The notes: a model not told the origin generated them from the sequence alone. A stretch of 41,405 bases of DNA from Gammaproteobacteria bacterium (GCA_042095675.1 JAUJGA010000165.1:1-41405); one strand, 5' to 3'; positions 20,484-30,982 are shown, counted from the stretch's first letter. Made by a program: numbers and translations.

Positions 20484-21095
20484 TTATTTCATAGCATTAC
20501 GAATGGTTTCAAGTATTTTTTTTGATGGGCTTGCATGATCTAAAATAGCTACTAATTTTCCGTTTTTTCCCACAATATAAGTTTCTGATGTATGGTCTAT
20601 TCCATACATAAGAGCTGAATTGGAGAAGGGGACTTTTTCATAAAAAGCACCATATTGAGCAACGACAGGATCCAAATCATCCGGTGCAGCACTGAGACCT
20701 ATCATCTGCTCATCAAAGTATTTGACGTAACTCCCCAGAACTTCCTGTGTATCACGTCCAGGATCCACGCTGATAAAGATACTTTGGAATTTTTTCTTTT
20801 CCTCAGGGCTAAGCTGGGCAATCGCACTGGATAAAAAACTAAGATTCGTAGGACATACATCGGGGCATTTGGTATAGCCAAAATAAATTGCTACTACCTT
20901 ACCTTTAAAGTCTGATAAAGAAACCCATCCGAGCTCACCACTTGAAGTGGTTCCAATGAGAGAAAATTCTCCACCACGATCTTTAATACTTGTTTGTTCT
21001 ATAGTATTTGGATTAGTGATGACTTTATCCTGTGAAAAAGCGCTATTAGAAAATAGCACAAATAATGCTAATACTAAAAAATTTAACTTAAACAT
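20484..21095 (-). CDS. SCO/SenC copper chaperone
   Basis: FGYTKCPDVCP, ISVDPGRD, IDHT. Confidence 0.92.
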   Translation of the reverse strand: MFKLNFLVLALFVLFSNSAFSQDKVITNPNTIEQTSIKDRGGEFSLIGTTSSGELGWVSLSDFKGKVVAIYFGYTKCPDVCPTNLSFLSSAIAQLSPEEKKKFQSIFISVDPGRDTQEVLGSYVKYFDEQMIGLSAAPDDLDPVVAQYGAFYEKVPFSNSALMYGIDHTSETYIVGKNGKLVAILDHASPSKKILETIRNAMK

Positions 21096-21134
21096 AAATA
21101 TTCCTTAAAATTAACTAACCACTTAAACTAGCCA

Positions 21135-22520
21135 TTACTCACTATCACTCAAATCATATTGTTTGATTAAACGACGCAATTTAGGTCGTGATATGCCTAA
21201 AATATCACAGGCTTTACCCTTATGTCCCTTGGTAGTATTTAATATACGTTGTATATGTATTTTTTCAATATCCTGTATACTCAAAGTATCTAAATCTGTT
21301 GTGACCTCACGAGTCTGTTCCATATTATTGTCAGGATCACTGGGTGCTACAATCTGATGAATTATTTTTTCCGGTAGTAAATCAGCTGTAATAATATCTC
21401 TGGGCGACATGGCCACTGATTTAACTAAAACATTCTCTAATTCTCTTACATTTCCAGGCCAGTCATAATCATGTAAGGCCTGCATAACATCAACGGCTAC
21501 TCGATTTACATTTCTATTCATTTCTTTATTGGCTCGACCTAATAAAGCCTGAGTAAGGTCAAAAATATCATCACGGCGTTCTCTGAGAGGAGGCACATGA
21601 ATGGTTACTACTTGAAGTCGATAAAAAAGATCCTCACGAAAAAGACCTTTTTTTATTTGTTCAGAAAAATCAATGTTTGTTGCTGCAATGACTCTGGCAT
21701 TAGTGGTTTGAGTATTTTTTCCACCCACAGAAACAAATTCTTTTTCCTGTAGGACACGTAATAATTTAGCCTGCATCGTTAAAGACAATTCAGCAACTTC
21801 ATCTAAAAAGATAGTTCCATCATTAGCCAGGGAAAATTTACCAATTTGTTTATTAACTGCACCGGTAAAAGCACCTTTTTCATGCCCAAACATATCAGAC
21901 TCAAGAAGAGTCTCGACCAGTGCTGCACAGTTTATCGCAATAAAAGGACCGGATGCCCGATCACTGGATAGATGAATAGCTCTGGCAACTAGTTCCTTGC
22001 CTGTGCCGCTTTCACCGGTGATTAATACAGTCGCAGGGCTTTGGGCAACACGACCTATGGTTTTATATATATCACGCATAGCCAGACTGCTGCCTACCAT
22101 GCTATTGAGAGGAGAATCATTGACCAAAGAATTTATGGTGATATCATCATCAGATGCATAAAATGAAACTAAGGCCGTATTAACGGCATTTTCTAATTCG
22201 GATAAATCAATGGGCTTATGTATATAGTCATCAGCCCCATCCTTCATTGCCTGAATGGTACTATTCATATCATGAAAAGCAGTAATCATTATAATACGGC
22301 TATTAGAAAACTCTTTTTTTATGTCAGGTAATGCCTCTAAACCACTTCTTCCGGGCATACGAATATCCAGAATAATAATCTCTGGTGTAATCTTATTCTT
22401 TTGTGCAAGTCCCTGATCGACGGAATGAGCCAGACTAATCTGGTGTCCCTGGGCTTTGAAATGCATTTGCAGCATTCGGCAACTTGCAATATCATCATCA
22501 ATAATTAAAATTCTACTCAT
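21135..22520 (-). CDS. Sigma54-dependent response regulator (NtrC/AtoC family)
   Basis: Receiver domain (DD, LDIRMP), Walker A GESGTGKE, intact GAFTGA, FLDE, WPGNVREL, C-terminal Fis-type HTH. Confidence 0.95.
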   Translation of the reverse strand: MSRILIIDDDIASCRMLQMHFKAQGHQISLAHSVDQGLAQKNKITPEIIILDIRMPGRSGLEALPDIKKEFSNSRIIMITAFHDMNSTIQAMKDGADDYIHKPIDLSELENAVNTALVSFYASDDDITINSLVNDSPLNSMVGSSLAMRDIYKTIGRVAQSPATVLITGESGTGKELVARAIHLSSDRASGPFIAINCAALVETLLESDMFGHEKGAFTGAVNKQIGKFSLANDGTIFLDEVAELSLTMQAKLLRVLQEKEFVSVGGKNTQTTNARVIAATNIDFSEQIKKGLFREDLFYRLQVVTIHVPPLRERRDDIFDLTQALLGRANKEMNRNVNRVAVDVMQALHDYDWPGNVRELENVLVKSVAMSPRDIITADLLPEKIIHQIVAPSDPDNNMEQTREVTTDLDTLSIQDIEKIHIQRILNTTKGHKGKACDILGISRPKLRRLIKQYDLSDSE

Positions 22521-22530
22521 TATATGTTCT

Positions 22531-25137
22531 CTATGTATTCACTTCTAACGAGCCATCAGTAGCTGCTGATTCAATAGTTGAAATAGGCAAAATAATACTC
22601 ACTCCTGTTCCCTCATCAATAACAGAATGAATATTGATGAAACCATCATGTTGTTCAATAATCTTTTTAACAATAGCGAGTCCTAAACCGGTCCCTTTAG
22701 CTTTGGTGGTAAAAAAAGGTTCAAATAATTTTCTTTCGGTTTCTTTGTCTATACCTGAACCATTATCTGTTATTTTTATTTCTAGTTTTGGGCCAAGATC
22801 AGTCATTTTTAATAATACAGAAATTACAATTATAGCTTGATGCTCTAATTGTATTGATGCTTGTAATGCATTGATAATGATATTAGAAAAAACCTGACGT
22901 AACTTGGTTTTGTCGGCAAAAATTGTTGGCAAGCCTGTTTGATAATCAGTTTTAATTATTACATTATCTGCATCAATTTGTGCCTGTATACTAATTAAGG
23001 AAGTATTAATTAATTGATCAATGGATAGCCACTCTCTATTGAGTTGATCGGGGCGGGAGAAACTCAGTAAGTCACTGAGGATAGATTCCATATACTGAAC
23101 CTGCTCCATGCTGATATCAATAAGTTCTATACCTTCATCGCTCATGGTCTGATTTAACTGATTTTTTAAAATCTGCATGCCCATTTTTATAGATGAAAGA
23201 GGATTTCTAAGATCATGAGCAATCATATTGGCCATTTTACCAACTCCGGCTAATAATTGTGCATTGGCTATTTCTTTATTACGCAGTTTTACTTCAGCTT
23301 CAAGGTGTTTTTTCTCTGTGATATCTTCTTTGACGGCTAAATAATGTGTAATATTAGCATCGGCATCTTTAATGGTTGAAATAACAGCAGATTCCCAATA
23401 AAGCTCACCATTTTTCTTTTTATTATGAAATTCTCCAGACCACTCACCACCACTGCGAAGTGCATTCCACAGTTCATTATATTCTTCAGTGGAAGTTTCA
23501 CCAGAGCGTAAAAATTTAGGATTTTTTCCCAGAACTTCTTCTTTGCTATAACCGGTTAATTCAGTAAACTTGGGGTTACTATAAACAATATGTCCGTCAG
23601 TATCTGTAATAATAACAGTACTGGGGCTCTGTTCAATAGCCTGACTGGCTTTACGTAGTTCACTTTCATTATGACGCTGTGCGGTGATATCTGTACCAAT
23701 ATAGGTAATTCTGACAGGTTGATCCTGCTCGTTATAAGAGAGTGTGGAACTCCAGCAAATTAAACGTTTGCTGCCATTTTTTAATATAATTTCTCCTTCT
23801 TTTTGTGCACTATTAATACCTGATTTGAAGCTTTGTAAAAAATTCTCCTGGCAGCTCATTCGTGCATCTTCACCAACAAAGGATTGAAACCATTCGCTAT
23901 GCAGGATGTTTTTTTTATCATAACCGGAAAATTCAATAAATGAGTGGTTGCAAAAAATAACTTCAGCATTTGAATTAAGTGTAATCGCAATCAGATCCAT
24001 TGATTCAAGAATATTTCTAAAGCCACGATCATATTCACCCTGGGCTTCTGCTTTTTGTTTTTTTATTTGTAAACGGGCCAATAGAAAAGAACTAATGGTA
24101 ATGACCAAAAAAATAATAACATAAAAAAGAAAATTGCGTTTAAGAAAATCTACATGTGACTGGTTAAGCATATGGGGAGGAACAAAAGCAATAATTTTCC
24201 AGAAAGACTCATTTTTCTGTGTTTTAAGATGTTTTTCTTTACCTATAGAACTAACAAAAATAGTTGTATAGGTGAGCAGACTATGATTGATATGCTGCTG
24301 TGCAATATCATCTTTAGATATAATGTTTTGCCATAAGTCAGGATGTTCTACTGAAAAACTGGATTGAATTTTTTCTGAAAACATGAAGTCCCACTCATGT
24401 TTTGCTTGTGGATGAATGAACCAGTCACCAGACTCATTAACCAGCATAATATGATCAGCAATATTGGCAGTAGCCCGCTTAAATTCATTAATTAATTTTT
24501 TACCATCAAAGTTTAATATTAACACGCCTGTACGTTGATCATAGATATTATAAACGGGGGTACCAATACGAATAGTGGGTTTATACGGTGTTTCTATAGC
24601 GTTGTTTTCAACATTAAGATCAAAGGGAGACCAGTAAATATCATTTTTTTTCAAATCAAGTGTTTTGTTGACATAATAGCGATTGTCCTTGGTTTGTAAT
24701 TGTTTTTCACTGACAATGAGAGGATGTCCATCATTAAAATTAATTCTGACAATTTCCTTACCTTGTAGATCCAGGTAGCGAATTTGATCATAAATTTTTC
24801 TGTTTTTACTAAAACTAAGAAAGTCATTTTCTAGTATTCTTCTGGCTCTTGGAGTGTTTAAAAAGCCATTTTGCAATTGATTGTGCTCGTGGAGATATTT
24901 AATATCAGAAATGATGTCCTGTAAGACATTATTAATTGTTATCTGAGCCAGCTTAACATTTAATAAATCTGTCTTTTTCAGGGTTTCTAAATCGCCCTTG
25001 ATATGAAATGAATAATGCAGACCAATACCAATAAAAAGGACAATTGAAGCGGGTATAAAAAATAATAAAAAATGCCAGATAAACGACACTGACTTACCGG
25101 GAAATAAATAATCACCGGGTCTGAAAAAAATACTCAT
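22531..25137 (-). CDS. Membrane sensor histidine kinase (periplasmic Cache-like domain, two PAS/PAC, HisKA, HATPase)
   Basis: Two TMs, YDQIRYLD..G.E periplasmic motif, PAS motifs, AHDLRNPL, N/G1/F/G2 boxes. Start 25137 gives an ATGA overlap with the upstream gene. Confidence 0.92.
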   Translation of the reverse strand: MSIFFRPGDYLFPGKSVSFIWHFLLFFIPASIVLFIGIGLHYSFHIKGDLETLKKTDLLNVKLAQITINNVLQDIISDIKYLHEHNQLQNGFLNTPRARRILENDFLSFSKNRKIYDQIRYLDLQGKEIVRINFNDGHPLIVSEKQLQTKDNRYYVNKTLDLKKNDIYWSPFDLNVENNAIETPYKPTIRIGTPVYNIYDQRTGVLILNFDGKKLINEFKRATANIADHIMLVNESGDWFIHPQAKHEWDFMFSEKIQSSFSVEHPDLWQNIISKDDIAQQHINHSLLTYTTIFVSSIGKEKHLKTQKNESFWKIIAFVPPHMLNQSHVDFLKRNFLFYVIIFLVITISSFLLARLQIKKQKAEAQGEYDRGFRNILESMDLIAITLNSNAEVIFCNHSFIEFSGYDKKNILHSEWFQSFVGEDARMSCQENFLQSFKSGINSAQKEGEIILKNGSKRLICWSSTLSYNEQDQPVRITYIGTDITAQRHNESELRKASQAIEQSPSTVIITDTDGHIVYSNPKFTELTGYSKEEVLGKNPKFLRSGETSTEEYNELWNALRSGGEWSGEFHNKKKNGELYWESAVISTIKDADANITHYLAVKEDITEKKHLEAEVKLRNKEIANAQLLAGVGKMANMIAHDLRNPLSSIKMGMQILKNQLNQTMSDEGIELIDISMEQVQYMESILSDLLSFSRPDQLNREWLSIDQLINTSLISIQAQIDADNVIIKTDYQTGLPTIFADKTKLRQVFSNIIINALQASIQLEHQAIIVISVLLKMTDLGPKLEIKITDNGSGIDKETERKLFEPFFTTKAKGTGLGLAIVKKIIEQHDGFINIHSVIDEGTGVSIILPISTIESAATDGSLEVNT

Positions 25138-25481
25138 TGCATACACCGCTGACTAAGCTCTCTGCGTACTCGATAAACATAGTCATCAATGCTTTCGTTG
25201 GTTTTTTGCGGCACCAGATAAATCAATTTTGCAGCAATAATATAAGGCTTTCTAGATTCTCTGCCATCTAGTTCTGGTGTTTTCTTGCTAATAATTTCCT
25301 TCAGATGATGTAATGATAGTTCCGGATCTTCACAAAATCGGGGTAGGGTGATAGAGTGGCTATACCATTTTATGGCAAATGAAATGAATAACATAATCGC
25401 AAAAATAAGAACAATAAAGGGGAGAACCTTAAATTGTCCCGGAGTAAAGTAATCAGCATATGAGGTAGTTTCTTTATTCAT
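25134..25481 (-). CDS. Small single-TM hypothetical protein
   Basis: 115 aa, one TM, translationally coupled to both neighbours. Confidence 0.7.
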   Translation of the reverse strand: MNKETTSYADYFTPGQFKVLPFIVLIFAIMLFISFAIKWYSHSITLPRFCEDPELSLHHLKEIISKKTPELDGRESRKPYIIAAKLIYLVPQKTNESIDDYVYRVRRELSQRCMQ

Positions 25482-26947
25482 CAGGCTGGCTTTTCAATAA
25501 TAGGGTTGAGGCTAAGAGGATTAAATAATGATGCTGATGTAGACTGATGCTCTACGGAGCATTGTTGTATAATATTTTCAGCTGTATTTTTGGCAGAGAC
25601 AATCCTATCTCTGATTGAAACTCCTCCCTTATAATTGGCCTCAAGATGTATACCGGATAAAGTCTTTAACTGTTCTTCCATAGCGGTCAATTTTTGATGA
25701 TAATTGCCATGATACATGGGTAATGCCTGATGATGCTTATTGACTTTTGACATGACAGGGGATGAATGAATACCCAATAAAGGTTTGATATTCTTTAGAA
25801 CTTCATCAACACTTTCTTGCTCAGATAAATGAATCATCTCAGGATGACGTGCTCCCCCTAAATAACTGGATAATAAAACATGATTTTGTGGTGCTTTATC
25901 AGCAAAAAGAGAACTCATCCATAAATTACCATTGATGGTCATTTTTTCCTGTCTGGGTACTAAAAATCCAGCACTATTTAAAGGGTGTGTTATAGCTGAT
26001 TTTTCAAACCCCAGGTGCACGACAGATAATGGTGCATATTCAATGGAAGATAATAAGTCTCCTAATTGATGATTGAGTGGTTTTATTAGTTGAGCGGCAT
26101 TTTCTGCAGGACTGGCAATCACAACATGACGTGCCTTACACTGTATGTCACCATAAGGTGTTTGTGCCTGAACTTCCCAATGATATTGACCATTTTTAGT
26201 ATTGTGGCGAATAATTTTATCCACCTGGTAGTTTGCCTGAAAGCCCAGTTCAGGATCATCAGCAAGCTGTTGTGTGATAGTCTGCATCCCTTGTTGAAAG
26301 GAAAAACTTTCAGGATTTCTTGCAGTACGCTTGCGTAGAATTTTGTGCACAATGATGCCGGCAGTTATACTGCCGTATTTTCTTTCTAAGGCCGTGAGCC
26401 TTGGAATGACATATCGAGCACAGGCTTTATCTGGATCAGAAGCCAATGTACCGGAGATAAAGGGTTCCATGGCTTTTTCAAGAAATTCTGAGCCAAATCG
26501 ACGGGTGATAAATTCACTCACGCTTTCATTTGGGTTTGAGCCTTTAGATATAAAAGGTTCCATCAAGAGCTTAAGTTTTCCTGAATGACTCCACAAGGAA
26601 GATAAAAATAACTTGTGGATGGTCATTGGTAATGCTTGCAGTTTTCCCCGCTGAATAAGGTAACGCTGACTTTCAGAGTTTAATAAGCGTTGAGATTTGA
26701 GTGATTGTAAACCTGTTTGATTAAAGAAATTATCAACTTCCGGTTTAAAATTCATCACCATTGAAGCTGCTTGCTCTGTTTGAAAACCGTTGATATTATC
26801 GGTTTTTATTTTACCCCCACAATGATGAGATTTTTCCCAGACCTGAACAGATAAGCCGCTCTTTGCCAGATACCATGCAGTTGCCAGTCCGGATATACCT
26901 CCACCAATAACGATGACATCCTGTTCATTGCTGGAATAAGACATCAT
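25481..26947 (-). CDS. hemG: HemY-type protoporphyrinogen/coproporphyrinogen oxidase
   Basis: GGGISGL FAD motif, ESVSEFITRRFG, GFLVP; ATGA overlap with the radical SAM gene. Confidence 0.85.
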   Translation of the reverse strand: MMSYSSNEQDVIVIGGGISGLATAWYLAKSGLSVQVWEKSHHCGGKIKTDNINGFQTEQAASMVMNFKPEVDNFFNQTGLQSLKSQRLLNSESQRYLIQRGKLQALPMTIHKLFLSSLWSHSGKLKLLMEPFISKGSNPNESVSEFITRRFGSEFLEKAMEPFISGTLASDPDKACARYVIPRLTALERKYGSITAGIIVHKILRKRTARNPESFSFQQGMQTITQQLADDPELGFQANYQVDKIIRHNTKNGQYHWEVQAQTPYGDIQCKARHVVIASPAENAAQLIKPLNHQLGDLLSSIEYAPLSVVHLGFEKSAITHPLNSAGFLVPRQEKMTINGNLWMSSLFADKAPQNHVLLSSYLGGARHPEMIHLSEQESVDEVLKNIKPLLGIHSSPVMSKVNKHHQALPMYHGNYHQKLTAMEEQLKTLSGIHLEANYKGGVSIRDRIVSAKNTAENIIQQCSVEHQSTSASLFNPLSLNPIIEKPA

Positions 26948-28236
26948 TGTTGCCTGCCTGAACTTAGTTTTTGTGTATCAAGCTTATCTGGCTTTTTAAA
27001 AGGCATATTAGAGCCAAAGCGTTTACTGGCTAAATTAGCAAGGTGTTCAGCTTTTACTTCAGTTTCTCCAAGCTCAAGTACATAGGCTTCAGCACGTTTT
27101 TTAATCATTTTTTGTAAAAAACCGGGAATTCTGGAAAGCCTCTGGCTGGCATCACTATGCCAGATAATAGAATTGTCCTGTACTTCTTCAAAGGGTTCAA
27201 TAATATTGCCGCCTTCAGGTACATAGGCACAATAAGGATCTGAGTCCATTAAATCTCCACCCATAGCCAGGGGACGGGCACGACAACCACCACAGAGTTT
27301 TTGATATTCACATTCACCACAGGCTCCTTTAAGCTGAGGCTGTCTTAAGGATTGAAATTCCGGGGCCTGCTCCCAGATGGAAATAAAACTTTGCTCACGA
27401 ATATTACCGGAAGGGGTATCAATATAAGGACAGGCTGTAACATCTCCATTGGGTGCGACACGACAATAATGAGTACCTGCAATACAACCATCCCCATCAA
27501 AGCCACTCACTCTGGTAATTGGCGATTGAGGATTTAACTGATGTGCAATACGTTTAAAATGAGGGGCACAGCGTGGGCGAATAATCATATCAGGATAATC
27601 AGTCTGGGCCTGAATAATCTCTGTTAACACCTGCTCATACTGCTCAGCACTGATATCAGATTTTGATTCGGCTCTACCGGTACAGATTAAAAAGAATAGA
27701 TTAAGAACACGGGCATTATTTTTATGAGCAAACTGAATAATATCGTTGAGTTCGGTGTAGTTATTTCGTGTAACTGTAAAATGAATCTGAAAGGATAAAT
27801 CTTGTTCACGGCAGTGTTGAATTCCCTGAAAAGTTTTTTTCCAGCTGCCTTGTAGACCACGGAAGTTGTCATGTTGTAATTGATCTAAAGAATCGACACT
27901 GATCCCCATTCCCAGAGTACCGGCTGATTTTAAAGAGACTACCCGTCTACTGGTCAGTAAGGTACCATTGGTACCTATGACCATTGATAAGCCCAACTGT
28001 GTTCCATATTGAACCATATCTTCAAGATCTATTCTGGCTAAAGGCTCACCACCGGTTAAAACCACCATGGTTTGTTTGCTACGACTGGCAACCTCATCCA
28101 GTAGAGTTTTGATTTCAGTCAAACTTAATTCATCTGATTGACCATTTTTTAGCGTATCAGCATCCAGATAACAGTGTTCACAGGCAAGATTACACCGTTT
28201 GGTAATATTAATGGCTAATAGAAAAAGATCATCCAT
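26944..28236 (-). CDS. Radical SAM/SPASM heme-modifying enzyme (AhbC/AhbD/NirJ-like) with C-terminal PCP_red-like domain
   Basis: CNLACEHC, TGGEP, SPASM cysteines (GCIAG, CPY, CGEC...CGGCRAR), C-terminal W..DA..RL.RIP.F. Confidence 0.8.
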   Translation of the reverse strand: MDDLFLLAINITKRCNLACEHCYLDADTLKNGQSDELSLTEIKTLLDEVASRSKQTMVVLTGGEPLARIDLEDMVQYGTQLGLSMVIGTNGTLLTSRRVVSLKSAGTLGMGISVDSLDQLQHDNFRGLQGSWKKTFQGIQHCREQDLSFQIHFTVTRNNYTELNDIIQFAHKNNARVLNLFFLICTGRAESKSDISAEQYEQVLTEIIQAQTDYPDMIIRPRCAPHFKRIAHQLNPQSPITRVSGFDGDGCIAGTHYCRVAPNGDVTACPYIDTPSGNIREQSFISIWEQAPEFQSLRQPQLKGACGECEYQKLCGGCRARPLAMGGDLMDSDPYCAYVPEGGNIIEPFEEVQDNSIIWHSDASQRLSRIPGFLQKMIKKRAEAYVLELGETEVKAEHLANLASKRFGSNMPFKKPDKLDTQKLSSGRQQ

Positions 28237-28254
28237 TTTTCTGTCTCAATTTTC

Positions 28255-30243
28255 CTAGTCGCTATTTCTAGGGTCATCTGGATCAAGATGAAAGCGTCCT
28301 TCATCGGACCACTTTTTCTTAACAACTTCAACGGTTTTCAAATCAACCTCAGTCAAACTTTCTCTTTTTGCAAAAGCCTCAATCTCCTGGGCTAACATTC
28401 CTTGTACCATAGGGGGTGCTTTTGCTATGGCAGCTTCAGCATCATCATGCCAGGCCAATGTTTTTTTAACGTTTTTAGAACCAGAGTTAAAAATACTAAG
28501 AATATTTTCTAAAAACTCCAGACTAATCATTTCAATATTTTGTTGCTCGGCTATGGCATTGGTTGCTTTCTTAGTCATATCACGACTGGTGCCTTGAGGG
28601 ATTTGTTCTAACCGGCTTAGAGCATCTTTATGCCAGGCTAAATCAATTTCTTTTGCATTGCTGTCCATTTTTCCCATACTGGAAAATGGACATTTAGATG
28701 TACTTTCCTTTTTTTCTGTTGCTGCCAGTTGTTCTTTCTTTAAACTGGGGTTAACCACAAATGGTAAAATATGTTCCACTGCAACGATTGTCGACTTCTC
28801 TGTCAAAGCGCGTTTCTCAGCACGCATTTTAGTATTATTACGTAGGGTATTATCACTGACCTGTTGCAGAATTTCATCGGCTTCTACTGACCAGTCCATA
28901 TTAAATGCACCAGCAGCAGGCTTAGATTCTTTTACTTGTTTTGCTTCAGTGGCAGCATCGACTAAATTATCCAGGTTTCTCATACCTGCAGGGCACATGT
29001 TTTTGGTTGCTTCTTCCACAATACTGGCAGTGATAACTGTGTGACCTTCAGCCTGAGCATAACGTAATATAGTAGCTCTCGCCATATTTTGTACAAAGGG
29101 AGGAATACGCTGCATGGCCTCTTCAGCCTGAGTAGACCAGGTTGTTGTCGTTTCAGCGATCATTTCAACCAGGGGAGTATATTCACGCTGTGTTAATAGT
29201 AATGCACAGCAAGAATTACGTAATAGATTTTCACTATTTCCACCAATATCTAATTCATCATCACAATGGATGCCAATTTTTCCAATGATTAATAAACTGG
29301 CATTGATTTTTTCAATATACTCCTCAATGGCATGGTGTGGCTTACCAGTCAATAAATGAGTTTCTATTTCAATATCCCATTCTTCTGCCATTTGCTCAGC
29401 AATTTCCAGGTGTCCCTGATAAATTTTTGCTAAACCATCATCGATGATTTCTTCATGCAATTGTTCCTGTTCTTTAAACTTAAAGACTTTACCTGCTTCA
29501 TCACTAAGAACATCAGCAATGCGATTAAAGGCCACATAATGATAATAAGGATCAAAAGCAGAAATAACCTGTAGAGGAAGAGACCATTGTTTGGCTAGAT
29601 TAAACGCGGTGATTAATGCGGCATAAGATTGTTTAGAACCATCAATAGCAGCTACCAGCGGTCCCTCCTTAATACTTCTATCAGGCTGTTTGATCACCAG
29701 CGTATCAATAGTACTACGACGCACAACACGCTCACAGACAGTGCCGATTGTACTGCCGGCAATAGCACCCAGACCCAGTGAACCCAACACTAAAAGATCA
29801 TATGGTCCATTATTGGCTTCATTGACTAACAGCTTATAATTCTTTCCCTCTAAAGAGCGACCTTTAAATGTCAGTCCGGTTTTTTTACAGGCATTTTCAG
29901 CCTGAATTAAATAAGAGTCTGTAATTATCGACAGACCCTTGGTAATCAATGAGTCATGAATATCCCGTTGACGTTCCAGCTCATCCTCTTCCTTAAACTG
30001 ATCAGGCAAACCACCTTCCATCTGCTTAAAACGCATATCATGCATTTGTGCTGCATAGACATGAGAAGCCGTAATGTCAGACTGATATAATTGCCCTAAT
30101 TCAATGGCATCATCTGTGGCACGATTAGAATGATCAGAGGAATCAACCGCCATTAAAATAGAACAATAAGCAGTATCCAGCTGAGGAATAACTTCATCTA
30201 TTACATTGCTTTCAAGGTTAACGGCGGTATTACTTTCTTGCAT
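28255..30243 (-). CDS. Tandem universal stress protein domains plus four PCP_red-like repeats
   Basis: AVDSSDHS / AIDGSKQS USP starts, IGTVCERVVR; repeats starting WSTQA, WSVEA, WHKDA, WHDDA. Confidence 0.8.
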   Translation of the reverse strand: MQESNTAVNLESNVIDEVIPQLDTAYCSILMAVDSSDHSNRATDDAIELGQLYQSDITASHVYAAQMHDMRFKQMEGGLPDQFKEEDELERQRDIHDSLITKGLSIITDSYLIQAENACKKTGLTFKGRSLEGKNYKLLVNEANNGPYDLLVLGSLGLGAIAGSTIGTVCERVVRRSTIDTLVIKQPDRSIKEGPLVAAIDGSKQSYAALITAFNLAKQWSLPLQVISAFDPYYHYVAFNRIADVLSDEAGKVFKFKEQEQLHEEIIDDGLAKIYQGHLEIAEQMAEEWDIEIETHLLTGKPHHAIEEYIEKINASLLIIGKIGIHCDDELDIGGNSENLLRNSCCALLLTQREYTPLVEMIAETTTTWSTQAEEAMQRIPPFVQNMARATILRYAQAEGHTVITASIVEEATKNMCPAGMRNLDNLVDAATEAKQVKESKPAAGAFNMDWSVEADEILQQVSDNTLRNNTKMRAEKRALTEKSTIVAVEHILPFVVNPSLKKEQLAATEKKESTSKCPFSSMGKMDSNAKEIDLAWHKDALSRLEQIPQGTSRDMTKKATNAIAEQQNIEMISLEFLENILSIFNSGSKNVKKTLAWHDDAEAAIAKAPPMVQGMLAQEIEAFAKRESLTEVDLKTVEVVKKKWSDEGRFHLDPDDPRNSD

Positions 30244-30271
30244 TTGAAATATACTCTTTGAATGCTAATAT

Positions 30272-30397
30272 TTATGTATAAATTAACCAGTAAATAAAGA
30301 TAGTGCTGATAACGATAACATTAACAACACCACCCGATAAAATTACATAGTCGGTGATACTTAATTTTTTAATGGCTTCTATCATTTTTATATCCAT
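30272..30397 (-). CDS. 41-aa single-TM micro-protein (not in ORF track)
   Basis: MDIKMIEAIKKLSITDYVILSGGVVNVIVISTIFIYWLIYT*, in the operon direction, 28 bp before the USP gene. Confidence 0.6.
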   Translation of the reverse strand: MDIKMIEAIKKLSITDYVILSGGVVNVIVISTIFIYWLIYT

Positions 30398-30469
30398 ACT
30401 CTAACTTATATTTCAGTCGTAGGTCTTCTTTACAAACCTTAACGGACAAAGATCAAAAGAAGGGGTATG

Positions 30470-30975
30470 CGTTCGGATAAGTACTGTGGAAAACGATTGC
30501 ACAGAGAAGTGGTTGTCATCATTGGGGACGCTCAAGGCCATCCATGGCACGCTATATGAAAACATCCATGTTTTCATAATCCCCAATGATGCCAACCACT
30601 TCTCTGCACACTCTCCCGCTGTATTTATCCTCACTTTTGGTGGTTGAAGAGCAAAAGAATAAAGCCATTGCCCAGTGTACTTTATGTAGAGGCGCTTTTT
30701 GTTACGAGAGTATTCGCCTATGTTGAAGTAATGAACTTACCAGGCGAATACTCTCGTAACAAAAAGCGCCTCTACAAAATAAACTGAGAACTTTCTTTTG
30801 CTCTTTCGCCTCCAGTGAGGGAATATGACGTAAGAGCAATTTGGTGTGTAGGTTGTGGCTCAGGAGGCTTTTCGAGGCATGGATGCCGAGGCTGAGCGTT
30901 ACATGGATGTACTTGAGCATCCTCCTGAGTTACAACCTACACACCAAAGTGCGTTTTTAAGACTATTCCCGAACG
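30470..30975. repeat. Composite palindromic element: two branched hairpin units flanking a GTAG-type REP doublet
   Basis: Stems 30502-30528/30580-30606 and 30840-30867/30921-30948, each enclosing two CATCCATG/CATGGATG mini-hairpins; perfect 35-bp inverted repeat 30685-30719/30742-30776. Confidence 0.85.
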
Positions 30976-30982
30976 TCCGTTT

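Noticed and set aside
26944-30243. Photosynthesis (DPOR) genes suggested by PCP_red domains
   Set aside because: Only the small C-terminal domain is present; there are no nitrogenase-like subunits.
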